Source: Rhodosorus marinus CCMP1338
Taxonomy: Eukaryota > Plantae > Rhodophyta
Direction: 5' to 3'
NCBI GenBank assembly: GCA_029953675.1
Contig: JAMWBK010000012.1
Span: 992,001-1,056,000 of the forward strand
DNA length: 64,000 nt
Made by a program: the position numbers and the translations under genes
The notes under the pieces: generated by a model
Told to the model about the DNA's origin: nothing
What the model saw: only the letters and a program-made list of their open reading frames with translations
Database searches by the model: none
Part shown: positions 24,981 to 37,195 of the stretch, piece after piece
How the letters are laid out: every line of letters starts with the position of its first letter
How positions within the stretch are numbered: the stretch's first letter is position 1

Positions 24981-25586
24981 CTACTTCATCCACTTTTCAA
25001 GTTTTTCATAGTTGCCCAAACGAATGACGTCCTTCTCCCTCGCGGTTTGGATCGCTTCATCGGTCGCGTCGGATGCACTCAGACCGTACTTTGTCACCAG
25101 CCAGGATGTTGCTGCTCTTGCTGAGCGACCCCTACGAGAGATTCATGAGCAAGCGTTGGTAGGCTGCCTTCTAATTTGCTGTGCGAGTTGTTGACCAACT
25201 TACTTTCCGCCCGTGCAATGGACGACGATTCTTTCGCCTGCGTTCTCCGCATCAGACATTGCTTTGAACACGTTGTCCCTTGCATTCTCGCTCTTCATCG
25301 GTACGTGAGTGCAGATCATCCCGTTCTCCTTGTACATATCAAAGAGCGAGGACGCGTAAAACGCCAGCTCGTTGTCATCCAGCAAACACAAGATCCGCTT
25401 GACATCATGATCCTTCATAAACGTGAACCATTCATCGATCTCGTCCTGCGGAGTAGCTCCAGGCGCATCGTTCTTCTTGTTCCCACCAGGCCGCTCACAG
25501 GTATACACAATCTCATCGCGACCAGAAATCGGTCCATAATTGAACGGCGCCCGCGATTCCGGCTTTGTCACAACGTCTTCAACCAT
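24981..25586 (-). CDS. Cys-based protein tyrosine/dual-specificity phosphatase (CX5R)
   Basis: Intron 25203-25132 reconstitutes the P-loop VVHCTGGKGRS; also CERPG and FMKDHDVKRILCLL. Start codon uncertain. Confidence 0.88.
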
Positions 25587-27013
25587 ATTTTCACCCTCAA
25601 ATGATTCTTCTGCAAACAAAGCTCAGAGTGTGCTCCACAAGGTATCAGCAAAGGCACCCAAGCTATCAACGGACCAGGTTGATCAGTGTTCCGCAACCCC
25701 CACAGCGGTCCGGTAAGTGATTCCTTTGAAGACAATCATCTCAGAACGACCGGCCGCGGAGCCAACAGAAAAATATATTTAGTAGAAATATTTTCAAGGG
25801 ATTGGTAGTCGCGGACTTTTCAAAAGGGGTGACTGAGCAAGGCGTTGGGGTGGAGTTAGCTAATGAAACGGATCTGGTGTTGAAGCCATGGTGTAGTCAC
25901 CACTATACCGGTTCGAGGTGACGTGACCGTTTTCCTTTGATCGACTGCAGAGGGTCTAGGTTTGGAGCGCGGGGGAAGTCCCTGTGATTTGAACGTTCCT
26001 GGGATTAGATCGCAAGCGACCGTGGTTGGAAGGGGCTAGTTCATCGAGACGCTCGTCTTCCGATGACCGGCCATGGTCAGCACTGGAGTGGTCTGATAGT
26101 CATCAGGGGCCATCCGGGGACCTGTTTTGTTCTTGGCGGTTGTCGAATAGCAAGAGTGGCTTGTTCGTCCAAACATGGTAAGCTCCAATTAAAAGAGTTG
26201 GTGCAAGCTCTCTGCTCAGGCTTCTCCACAGCCTGTGATTGCCTGTACAGTCACCCGCTTCGTAAAGTTCAAAGCTGTAACGGGTCGCTATGGCGGTTCC
26301 TCAATCCATCTGCAATGTTCAATCCGCTTTCTCCCCCCACCCCTTTCCCAAAAACCCCCGCCCTTCTATTCCTAATATAATCAAAACAATATGACCAAAA
26401 TATCTCCCAACCACGATCAGTCCACACCCTGGCAATTACCCGCTAAAATCGCCACGCAATTCAATCCAATAACTACATAATGACTGATATATATTCATAT
26501 TCAATAATATTAACGCTAATCAATCTATTCATCAAACTGGCCCAGGGGTCCTAAATTCACAATGCCGTATATTCGTCACCTAATATTCTATCCATTATGA
26601 TACAATTATAAGTAAAAAAAAATTTATTGATGGATGGTCGTATGACGCTTAAATAGTAGACGACGCCGAGAACCCTACAGACAAAATTAATTGTCACCTC
26701 TAATATCAATCAATTAATATATATATATAGGTTTTTTAGAAACGATTTTGAGTATATTGGTGTTTAATGATTGATAGTTTTAGATGACGATTAGAAATGA
26801 ATAATTGGGTTGAAAAGGTGCCGCCGTTGAGAAAACGATGAGCAACACAAATGGCGTATTGGCTTTTGGGAAGGGAGAGTGAGGGCTACTAGGAATGAAG
26901 ACGGGCGAGTTGAGGTGGTTGAGGTTGGCAAGACAGGGGTTCCAAAGTTTTATTCCATTCTTAGTAGACAGCAGTGGTCCACCTGCTTTCCTTTTGTTCG
27001 GGGGTGTTGAAAG

Positions 27014-29195
27014 ATGGTGGGGTTTGTCCAGGGCGGTACCCTGTTGGTACCGAATTTGAAGGGGCTGGGGGGGAAGGTTGGGGTGTGTTCCGGGTATGAT
27101 TTTCGAGGGAGGCTGAGACCGGTTGTTGGATCGCTGGAGGTCGAGGACGCTTCTGTGAGGCAGGCGTCTGTGGGTTGTGTGGATGGCGAGGAAGCAAGAT
27201 CTGGAACGTCGTTTGTAGACATTTATGACACGACGCTGAGAGATGGGTCGCAGGGTGAGGGAATTTCGTTGGCTGTGGAGGACAAGCTGCGAATTGCACA
27301 GAAGTTGGATGATTTTGGAGTGTCCTATATTGAAGGAGGATGGCCTGGATCAAACCCCAAGGATGCGGAATTTTTCGCGGCGATGAAGGAGATCAAGCTG
27401 AAATCTGCAAAGCTGTGCGCGTTTGGAAGCACGCGGTATAAGCACGTGACTTGTGCAGAGGATGCCAACATTCGTGCCCTTATTGAGGCACAGACTCCTG
27501 TCGTGACGATTGTGGGTAAGGCCTGGGACATGCAGGTTGAAGTCGTGCTTGAGGCGTCACTTGAGGAGAACCTGGCGATGATATCAGAGTCCGTCAGCTA
27601 TTTAAAGAAAAGAGGGAAGGAGGTCATGCTCGATGCCGAACACTTTTTCGACGGGTATTTGGCCAATCCAGCCTACGCTATGAGATGCCTCGATGCGGCC
27701 GGTGATGCAGGTGCGGACGTCGTAGTCCTCTGCGACACGAACGGTGGCTCGTCCCCGTGGGAGATAGGTCGGATTACCTTCGAAGTCGCTCGACATGTGG
27801 CTTGCAGGGTTGGAATCCACGCGCACAACGACATGGAGCTCGCTGTGGCCAACTCTCTCGCCGCGGTTAGGTCGGGTGCTTCTGTTGTGCAAGGGACAGC
27901 GAACGGATACGGGGAGAGAACCGGGAATGCGAACCTCATGAGCATCATGCCAGCTCTGCAGCTCAAGCTCGGGTACAAGTGCCTTCCAGAGAACAGCCTA
28001 GGCGGTCTTACCGAGCTCAGCAGGTTCATTGACGAGCAGGCAAATCGACCACACGTCACCTCGCGCCCGTTCGTAGGGAGCTCCGCCTTTGCACATAAGG
28101 GAGGCCTGCACGTCGCAGCGGTGATGAAGAATGAAAACACCTATCAACATATCGATCCTAAAGCTGTCGGTAAGGATTTCCGCTTTTCCAGTATACAGCT
28201 TCTTTCCAGTATATAGGTCCCTCAGAAGCACACCCCCCATTGCCTCTGGCGTTTGAGGGGACCGTTTCCGATTTCAAATCGAGGTTGCCTGCTGTCAAAT
28301 GTTCTGGTTCATTTCTTAGTCCTCCACCTTAACAGCGCAGCTTACTCGTGTATGGAACCGACCTGCGTGATCTTGAACAGGGAACCAGAAGCGCGTATTG
28401 GTTTCTGAACTCTCCGGACGAGGCAATATTGTACAAAAGGCTCAGGATTTGGGTCTCCTAAAGTCTGGAGAGGTGGTAGATGACGCGTGGAAACGCCGAT
28501 CGAAAGCCATCCTGCAGAGGATCAAAGAGCTGGAGAACCAGGGCTATACCTTTGAGGGCGCAGAGGCGAGCGTTGAGCTTATGATTAGGCGATCCTTGCC
28601 TGGCTATGAAGCTCCGTTCGAGCTTGTTGATTTCACTATTGTGTCCGGCAACAAGAAGGTAAGTGTGCAGGAGGGCCTGACTTTGTGAGCAAAAACTCTT
28701 TTCCTGCTCGGCTGGTGCGGATGTGGTCCTCAGTTCTGGCTTTTATCTTTTCTCTTTGCTGTTCGCCTTTTTCAGGAGATGGATGCGCGGGACCTAATCC
28801 CGTTCAGCGAGTCCCAGAGCTCCCAGGCGACAGTGAAGATGCGTGTGGTGACAGAGTGCACAGACGAGGATGGATGCCCTTTTGTGGAGACGTTTGAGGG
28901 ATCCGAGGGAAATGGACCGGTGAACGCGTTGAACAAGGCCATGATGAAGGCGCTAACTTCTGTATTTCCGTCAGTTCAAGCACTCACTCTGATCGATTAC
29001 AAGGTTCGTATTCTTGACAACGACATGGCAAGCGAGGCAACCACGAGGGTCATGATCGAGTTTATGGACGAAGAGCTCAAGCGCAAGTGGAGTTCAGTCT
29101 CTGCTCATCCCAACATCATCGTGGCAAGTGTAAACGCGCTTATGGACGGCTATGAGTATGGAATGCTCCTTAGGACGAATCCAACTCCAGGCTGA
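27014..29195 (+). CDS. cimA: Citramalate synthase, bacterial/cyanobacterial CimA type (TIGR00977-like), with plastid transit peptide
   Basis: YDTTLRDGSQGEG, YIEGGWPGSNPKD, LDAEHFFDG, HAHND, GTANGYGERTGNANL, SAFAHKGGLH, VSELSGRGN, GPVNAL, DYKVRIL. Introns 28170-28380 and 28659-28775; N-terminus MVGFV. Confidence 0.9.
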
Positions 29196-29544
29196 GTTTC
29201 CATCCTCCACCTAATTAGAAAGGAAACCAACCTGTTCTATTTATATCGTCGTATTCAGTTGGGGGAAGCCCCGACAGCCGAGAATTGTAGCCAGCTTCCT
29301 TGTTTTTAAAAACGCGAGGTTTTCTGTACGAACGTAAGCCCTTCGCGGGTCAGAAGTCGCTTTCGCAAGGATTTGAATTCTTCGCACGCAATGCATCGAC
29401 GGTCGAGCTCCGTCTATGTATCGCTACATTCGAGAGCTTATCGAGCATGGACATCTGAATGATCTATGCACATGGGCGGGTGGGGCTCGTCAAGTTCAAA
29501 CGCTCACCCTCTCCCGGTTGTTGTTGGACAAGTCCCGACTTGAA

Positions 29545-29840
29545 GACGGTAAGCGGAGGGTGCGTTGGCCGTGTGCGGAGGGGTGGGGGGAGGGTGCAGA
29601 TGAGCGTGAAAGCCGCAACGCGAAATCGTGAGCGACCTACCACTTGTCCGCGACAAAAAGTCCTCACTCCCACCTATCAACGTGGAGGCTCTGGATGGGT
29701 ACAGGAAGTGGACGGTACGTTGGTCGTGTAGGGAGGGGGGAGAAGTTGAAAACGAAAATCGAAAAATGAAATCGTGGAAAACATCCCGCACGTTCGGTAC
29801 CAAAGTCCTCGCTCGCGCCTATCAAGCTGGAGGCGCCGGA
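29545..29840. repeat. Diverged ~145-bp tandem duplication
   Basis: 33-bp cores at 29657-29689 and 29802-29834 are 28/33 identical; the flanks also align (cgttgg.cgtgt, gaaatcgtg). Confidence 0.75.
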
Positions 29841-30756
29841 TGGAATCCGACTGGTTTCCAGAGCCCGATGCTTCAGGGTAGGGAAATGCAGTGCAATGGA
29901 ATCCTTTTTCTCCAAACTTTCACTGCCCATAAAAATCAAAAACAAATAACGCCTATACCCAAAATTTAAAATTTACGTAAGTTATTAACCAATAGTTCAT
30001 TTTAAACTCTTCCATAGTTTAGAATAAGTCCCTTCCCTTTTATCTTCTCCCTTTAATTAGGCGAATAATAATATCCTATAAACAAAAAATTTAATATATA
30101 TTAGTAATTCCAATACCCTAAAAACCAACCAAATACTTCGAAGTTTTCAGAGTGCTAATTTATAATTTTAATCCATATTATGTTACCAATCTCATATCCA
30201 CAAATACCAGTTTATCCAATAAAATCCTTTTCTACATCAAATAATATTTTAATTTTAAAGCCGCACTGTGTTGTCTGTGACCTACACGATTTAAAATCTG
30301 TTTATATGTCACCTATTTAAAACCCCTATTTATTAAATGATTGATATAACTATGGTTTTTAAGTAATAAAAAAGATATATGGATACATTTTAGATTGATT
30401 TTATGATGACGTTTATCTTTATATAATGAAAAATTTGGAAACTGTCGGGAAGAAGATGCACTGGTTGGGGGTTTTCGTTTACCGAAGCTCTTCTTGTTTC
30501 TTCAGAGTCTTTTGGGGGGAGGAAAACGGGCGGTACTTTTTTTCTTGGGAAAGCTTTGATAAGGAGGGGAAGAGTTGGTAGGATTGGGTGGGAGGTAAGG
30601 GGTAGGGAGGAGGAGGAAGAGGAAGGGAGAAGATTGTGGATCTTTGAAGTCTGGGGCTTTTTGTGACTGACTGACGTGGTGGGGTTGATTTTGAGTGAAG
30701 TTGTGTTTTCGGGGTGACGGTTGGGGGTTGAGGGTGGTGGGGGGGGAGGAATACCG

Positions 30757-31659
30757 ATGGCGAGTAATGCAAGTGCGAGCGAAATGGTCTTGGTAAAGGC
30801 TTGGCAGGGTTACTTGGGCAAGTTGGACTCGAGTCCGTTGTTGACAAAGGTGGGGTGGGGGGGGGGGTGTTTTTTGTTTTCTCTCTGCCGTGGACCTGCT
30901 TGTGTTTGCAAAGTTTCTATGGGAATCGATTCTGATGTTCGGTTTGATCTGTCTCTGTTTTGTACCGCGAACTTTAGTCAATTTCTGCGGCCGTTCTGTC
31001 GATCGTTAGCAGTCTCGTAGGAAAGTCGATTGCCAAGGAGAAGATCAAGCCGAAGAGTATTATTGACGAGTTTTGCGTCGGGCTGATCTTGAGGTATGAA
31101 TATCTTGGTCATGAAGGGATGAAAACATAAGACAAGAACCTAAATGCTCTCATCGTTGGAAACCATCTTCGCAAAGGGGTCCTCTCGTGCACTGGTTTCA
31201 CACGTTCTTAGACAAAGTCGTGTTCAGGAGAGCCAACCAGAAAAACAAGATCGTCGTCATCGCCAAGGTCCTTCTCGACCAGCTCCTCTTCGCTCCAATC
31301 TTCATATCTCTCTACTTTTATCTGTCCGGCATCATGTCTGAAAAGAAGGTACACGTCCGCCCATCATCTCTCTCACAATGACGTCGCAGGTCTCCACATG
31401 GGCTGTTGTTCTAACAGAAACTCTAATTTATCAGATCTCGGACATCTCGAAGAGCATCAAGAAAGACCTCTGGGGCGTCATGAAGGGCAACTGGGGAGTT
31501 TGGGTACCAGCCAACGTCATCGGATATGGCCTGATTCCTCTAAACCTCAGGGTTTTGTGGGGTAACATCATTAACATATTCTGGACGGCGTACCTGATTA
31601 CCAAGGTGAACAAGAAGTCTACTGTGAAAGCTGGTCAGGATAACGGACAAGTCAGCTAG
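30757..31659 (+). CDS. Mpv17/PMP22 (PXMP2-like) membrane protein, 4 exons
   Basis: YLGKLDSSPLLTK/SISAAVLS, GPLVHWFHTFLD, KVLLDQLLFAP, NWGVWVPANVIGYGLIPLNLRVLWGNIINIFWTAYL. Confidence 0.92.
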
Positions 31660-32317
31660 ATTCTTGTTGAACCGCGAGGGAGTTGTTGCGGTGCTGCTAC
31701 CACCACAACATCGTGCATCGAGTTTTTTGGGGGGAGGGGGGAGAGAGAGAGCGGAATGCCAGGCATAGCCGTCGTCGTTGATAGCGCGATGGGCAACTTT
31801 TTGAATCCCGAATTTGGTTGGAAAAGTCATGGCGTTGAGGGCGAATCGATCGACCGCGTAGTTGTGATTGGGAAGTTCGTCATGCACTCGGCCTTGCGAG
31901 ACATTGCGGGAGAAGTTTCTGGTTGTAGAGAAGACCAAATAGCTCGTCTCAGATAGCTTGCTAGATAGTGCTTCTTCCTACTCATGTGCATTGTCTGCCT
32001 GAAAGTCGAGAGAAAGTTATCTAGAACGTCCTAAAATCCTGTTTTGCACTAAAAAGCCCGTCCTTCACAGAAAATACCTTGTTTTTGCTCGTTGGCTTTA
32101 ATTTGGTTAGCAATCTGTTCGGTAGACGATGCTCACACAAAAGATATCGACATGACGTGGTAGAGAGACCCTTTGTCTCTCTGTAATCCCACTGAGAACG
32201 TGGAGAATCCGCCTGTTTGTTAAGTCTACCGTCGTGGGTGAACGGAGGCCCCAGCAAATCGTAATCACATCTCATTTCCGTTTCTCCCTTTTCAGCTCCC
32301 TTAGAGGACTCATTCCT

Positions 32318-32614
32318 CTACTTGCCGGTGATACGATTGACCAGTTCAAAGATTGTCGGATGGGACGGGTCGATGATCTCAACGAGGACAATAACCACAA
32401 ACGCGATCATGGCTATTCTACCGTTCAACTTCTCAGAGTAGTGAACGAATCCAAGCTTTCTTGTATCAGGATCCTCCATATTGTTCGTTTCCTTCGCCAT
32501 CGAAACTCTCGAACCACCCCTCGTCCTCACACGCCTAGCCACCGCCCCCGATTGACCAACAACCTTCGCACCAACCCTCCCTCCCAAAATAATTCCGCTA
32601 CCTACAAAAGCCAT
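32318..32614 (-). CDS. One-helix LHC-like protein (HLIP/OHP family), nucleus-encoded and plastid-targeted
   Basis: MAFV-type transit peptide; chlorophyll-binding motif GFVHYSEKLNGRIAMIAF. Confidence 0.92.
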   Translation of the reverse strand: MAFVGSGIILGGRVGAKVVGQSGAVARRVRTRGGSRVSMAKETNNMEDPDTRKLGFVHYSEKLNGRIAMIAFVVIVLVEIIDPSHPTIFELVNRITGK

Positions 32615-33199
32615 CTCTTCAAAAAAACCAAAATCCCCCCACAGAACCCAGATCCCTCACTAGAACAGTTGATTCGCTCGTACCTAATATCCTCTTCACA
32701 CACACTTAACCTCTCCCTCTCTCTCCCAAACCACGTAAAGGAACTCACCAAACTCTGCTCCCCCTCCCCCTCATTGCCACCCCCCCGCCGGAGAACCTCC
32801 TCTTTTGTTTCCATCCACATAGTAAACATTGGCCACTAAACTCTGGCCAAGTAATTTATCCCTTTTTTCTTGATCTACTCACAAGTTCTTATATAATTCA
32901 CATATTATTTCAACATTTAAAACACAAGAAAAACGCCAATCGGAAACCATGCTCGCCAAAAATAAACCTACCGGGGGCTATGTTTTAATACATTTCTAAT
33001 ATCATTTAAGTATTTACACTTAATGTGATGATGAGCGGAAATAAAGTAAGGGGTAATGCGTGTTCACGATGAAATTTTGTCTTCGAATATAACTGTGAGG
33101 ACTTGGTAGTATAGGACACGTGCAAAAATTTCATGTGACTATTGGGTAGATTTTAATATTTTGTAACATTTGGAATAAGGACACGCGTCACTTCGCAGA

Positions 33200-34230
33200 G
33201 ACCGGATTGGGCAGGGATTCTCTAAATTCTGCTGTACTAATGGTACTATCTATGGTATCGGTTTGGGTCCGGCTTGGGTGCTGACAAGAGAGCAGTTGGA
33301 CGTCTGGGCGATTGAAGGGAGAGGTTATCATTGTCCTATCGTCATCGTACGAGCATATTTGTACCGCATGATCTCAAGATCCTTCTTCAGGGCTCTGTGC
33401 CGGGTTCTCCTCGCCTGTTTCAGTCCTTTTTTTCGTCTTCGCCTTCTGGCCCTTGTACGGCCATCCCCTCTAACTGCTCCATATAGAATTCCTCCCCTAA
33501 ATCCTCATAGAGAATGCAGTCCGTACGTCCAACCGCTCTGCATAGAGGTCTTCTGCTGCTGCAACTGTGAGTAGCAGGTTCAGACTGTTGATGTCTAGTG
33601 TCGGCGAGAACGTTCGCTGAAAGTCCATGTACTTGGTTTAGGCGAACCCCCTTTTGCTCCTCAGCCTGGCTTATATATCTGGACCAAACCGTCCTGGCCC
33701 TTGTTTCAACTTTAAAATGAATCGAGTCTTAAGGGCTTTCATTCCTCGTTCCTCGTTCCCTCTTCTCGAGGCTCCAGGTCTACCTTCCTGCACCGATCTC
33801 GTTTCCTCAGCGTCGTTCACTATGAACGGTTCCTTAACTTCATAAAGGGTGTATCCCTTTCTCAGAGCTTCCAAACTCTGGGTCTTTGGCTCATCCTCCG
33901 GCAAGTCCTCGTTTTCGATGTCTGCGTTGATCTGGAGTCCTCTCGCCTGATTTAGAGCCCTCGTCATATTTGTTGGCGCAGTAGCTGTTTTATGCCTCTT
34001 TAGTTATGTCTCTTGTTGCTTTATCTTAGAGTCTCCCTCATTAGTATGTCAATGACCTTGGCTTCTACAAGAATCAAACTTGGTTAAGCCCAATGCTTCT
34101 AAGTCACTTCATGGTCACACGTGTGTCTCGATTCAACACGTTAGTTCCCGTTCTAGAGCCTGCACGCTCATTGACTCCATCAACATGTTTCAGGGCCATG
34201 TGCAGGGATGGCAACTGTCGGCAGCTCTGA
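33200..34230 (-). mobile_element. Degenerate Ty1/copia pol fragment (RT, possibly an integrase tail)
   Basis: Frameshifted reading gives KTRFILKLK..YK(ARL)..AKG, TFSPTLDINSLNLLLTVAAAEDL..LDVRTAF/LYEDLGEEFYMEQLEG and GLKQAR. A weak DGVNER integrase-like motif lies near 34150. Confidence 0.85.
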
Positions 34231-34299
34231 CAAAGTCCTCATGGTGGTAGGAGTCGCTTCGATTGTGCACGTTTGCTGGTAATATTCATGTGCCCTGTC

Positions 34300-34745
34300 A
34301 GCACGAACTTTTTTGCAGAGGGGAGCGATTGATCACACCGACCGTTGAAGAATCCATCGGAGTCCATAATTTCAATTCGTTGACGCAGGAGCGGTAACTG
34401 AAGAAGAGGTTCTTGTTCAAGGTTGGGTTGCGGTCGCCACCTTTCTTAGAAGTTCTTAGAAATAGGGACTTGCGTTTGATGTAGTAGGCGGTAACTCCAA
34501 CGCACGAATCAGACTCCCCAGCCAAAAGCCGTCCTTGTCTGGTAGGTTTCGACCCCATGGAACTTGGACTTGTAGTCCAATGGCGCTCGCATCGTTCGCC
34601 TGTGAAACCTCAGAATTTTGTCAACACAGGTACCTCCGTTCCGACAGGGGTTTGGTGCACACTCGTTCCCATCTTCAATCGGCTCCGTACGGAACGTTGC
34701 GTATCTGGAACAGGAAACACTAGTAAATCGAAAGTCCTTAACGTA
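34300..34745 (-). pseudogene. Partial paralog of the astacin-C2-EGF-C2 gene (EGF and second C2 only)
   Basis: Aligns by eye with 47940-48370; encodes [19 protein letters not shown] and a frameshifted C2. Confidence 0.85.
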
Positions 34746-35124
34746 GTAGCAGCAGTAGACTGGACTAGGGCAGTAGACTAGCGAGGAGGGCGAAGAAAGA
34801 GGGATTATGTACGGGGTATTTGTTCGGCTATAATCCTCGATACCGTTCAGAATAGAGGCACTGATTCTGAGAGTAAACACGTGTGCATTGATACCAAAAC
34901 AGCGGTATTTATGAAACTCGGTCACTGGAAAAAAGGTTAGCAGAACATATATATTCTGGGGTTTCTGTCGAATGCTCACCTGGTACGTGAATGTTGTGTA
35001 TCCAGAACCTTCCTGGTATAAGTCCAGTTCTAGGACCCCCATAGGTCGATCCAGGACAGGAGTAACCTATGAAGATCCTATATTGACTGAGGTTAGATAG
35101 GGGAGGATCTGAGGTAGTGACCAC

Positions 35125-35810
35125 TGTTGGACGGATTCGGCAACTAACACAGAGAACTTATGAGCACTAGAAGTCGTTCGTAGTTTGTCGGCTGCGGAGT
35201 TTTTAGGATCAAGCGCGGTTAGGAGTAGGGTTTTTGTACTCCTGCATCTGCATGAACGCATTCCTTAAGTCCCCCAAGATCTCAGAGGCTGGAAGAGTAT
35301 ATATTATGTTCCAAGAAGCCGATATGAGGTGCGGTTGGTTCTCAGTGGTGTGGAGCCTAATAGATGAAAGGAAACTCAGAAGCCTGAATTTGTTCACAGG
35401 TTGTGAGCCTTGGTCAAATTTTGAGCGGTGAAAGAGGGGAGAATCATGGAAGGTGAAGCAGGGGATCGATGGATCCTGCAGGTATTTAGGAAAACCCCGC
35501 AGTTGGAGTCTGATGAAAGCTACAGGCGTTGGGCGATACATGTCAAGTCACGCCTGGAGGCAACTGGCACGCCTCCAGGCGTGACAGTTCGCGAAGTTAG
35601 TTTTTCGAGGTGAAGAGGACAACGTTGACAATGCCAAGTTGGCCGTGGTTGGAGCCTGCATTGAGTTGACCCTGGGCGATACGCAGTAGCTAATGGTGGC
35701 AGATGAAACAGATACCAAATTGATCTGGGAAAAACTCGAGAAGGTCTATACCAGCTGGACCAGAACGAATAAGGCACAGCTTTCTTTTCAACTGTACCAT
35801 ACAAACAAAA
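35125..35810 (+). mobile_element. Copia LTR (35125-35398, TG...CA), PBS and 5' gag fragment
   Basis: TGTTGG...TTCACA with an internal TATATAT; GGTTGTGAGCC PBS at 35399; gag-like LESDESYRRWAIHVKSRLEATG and AKLAVVGACIELTLGD..IWEKLEKVY. Confidence 0.8.
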
Positions 35811-35859
35811 GCAAAGCCAAACGTAACCCCAGAGCATCGCAGACGTCCTAGTATGGGAC

Positions 35860-36290
35860 CCCGCCGGCAGACCCTCAGCACATGTGGACCTCGCCGTCAC
35901 ATGCCCTGTGTCAAGTAGCCATCTGCCCTCTGCCGCTCTCCGCCGGGGGAGGGGGGAGCAGCTTCTGTCCTTCCCCGACTGAAGGAACGGCGGTTGCCGA
36001 GAGCATAGCCGGTCTCCCCTGGGCAGAAAGCCGTTATCACATGTTCCAGCCTTTCATTGCGGAAGCTTTGGGCATTTGGAAAAGTCAGTGGCATGGCTTA
36101 GCAAAGGTTTGCTAACCATCCTGTTGAACATCCGGGACTCCTACGCCGTTTAAGTGTCGTTCTTGGCCGATATTTTAGCAGCTTGCTCGCCGAGGCGCAC
36201 CATCGACGCCTGGGTTCGCATACTTTTCTCCCTGGCTCCTAGTTCCCTTTCACGCCCTGCGTAGCGCTTCGGGCTAGGAAAGGCACCACT
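35860..36290 (+). mobile_element. CRE-like RLE retrotransposon 3' fragment, 'family B'
   Basis: HVDLAVTCP...AA..RG, MFQPFIAEALG; ends in ctagttccctttcacgccctgcgtagcgcttcgggcta. Confidence 0.8.
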
Positions 36291-36419
36291 TGACGCAATT
36301 ATTTTCCGCGTCGATAATCAACCATCATCCTCACGACGTCTTAGGGTTATATGGGGTTCAAGGCAAGCACACTCAAGGCGCTCTAAAGCACGAAAAGTCC
36401 CAATCATGGGTACATAGTT

Positions 36420-37195
36420 TTCCCTCTGTGAAAGGCGCCCGAACCCGACGACATACGCGGATCTTGAACGTGACATAGCGCGAACTTCGGCCTATCGTAA
36501 TGCGAGCCAGTCTTGAAATTGAACGTGAGAACCCCTTGCCTGTCGCGCCGTGGGCCTCGTGGTCACCTCTGACTATAAGCGCCGTTCCACGTACTTTGAT
36601 CTTCCTGTTCCTAGTCCTCAGGCGAGTCGTTATTTGCCGGCTGCGGGAGTGCGCCGTGGATTTGCCGCTGCCAGTATGAGTTGAAATATGCGCAGGCTTT
36701 GTCTTCCCCAGGGATGCGTGTCTCGGCTCTAGCTCATCGCCCGGTACCTCTGGTGATTGAGTGCTTTGGGTTTGTGGATTCTTGGTTCTCATTGGCTTCG
36801 GGATGAGGATTTTGGCCAGGTTTGCTCAAGGCCTGCAATAGTTCCATTCGTAGCCCGGGGGGTCCAGAACAGCGTCCACGACGGGAGGTTCGGAGTAAAT
36901 TCCCAGATCAGACTCTCTGAGCGTCAGTTCAATGCAAAATATTGAAACGATGCTACATCATGTGTCTATAGATACGTGCTCTTCTTGCGGGAGGTGATCT
37001 CCAGAACCGTGAAAAGGATCGAAAAATGGCAGCGAACACCCTGACCGTATGCCCGGAGTTTTTACCCGTTTTAAAATTTCTTGCTGTGGCGTATTAACGC
37101 TGCTTTGATGTTGGAGGCGCACGATGTTCGCCGCCGCGCTTAGTCTTTTGTTTCCCTCGGGTTTTTTCAGTCTCCAAGTAAACAAATTCATCAAA
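36420..37195 (+). mobile_element. Old 'family A' CRE fragments (internal 36420-36800; 3' tail ~37085-37195)
   Basis: VKGARTRRHTRILN and PLVIECFGF match ORF 51857-53083; the tail reads cagtctccaagtaaacaaattcat. Confidence 0.8.

Noticed and set aside
25885-25925. tRNA-like words (TGGTGTAGT...GGTTCGA)
   Set aside because: A- and B-box-like words are too close together; no cloverleaf or acceptor stem.
26060-26100. Possible C/D snoRNA (ATGA...CTGA with an internal hairpin)
   Set aside because: C box incomplete, too short, and no terminal stem.
29592-29642. Hammerhead-like fold: CAGATGA-GCGT...ACGC-GAAA-TCG tgag CGA-CC
   Set aside because: Stems II and III can form, but two invariant core positions are wrong (U4 is A, U16.1 is C), stem I is only 4 bp, and the sister repeat unit lacks the motif. 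An in vitro cleavage test would settle it.
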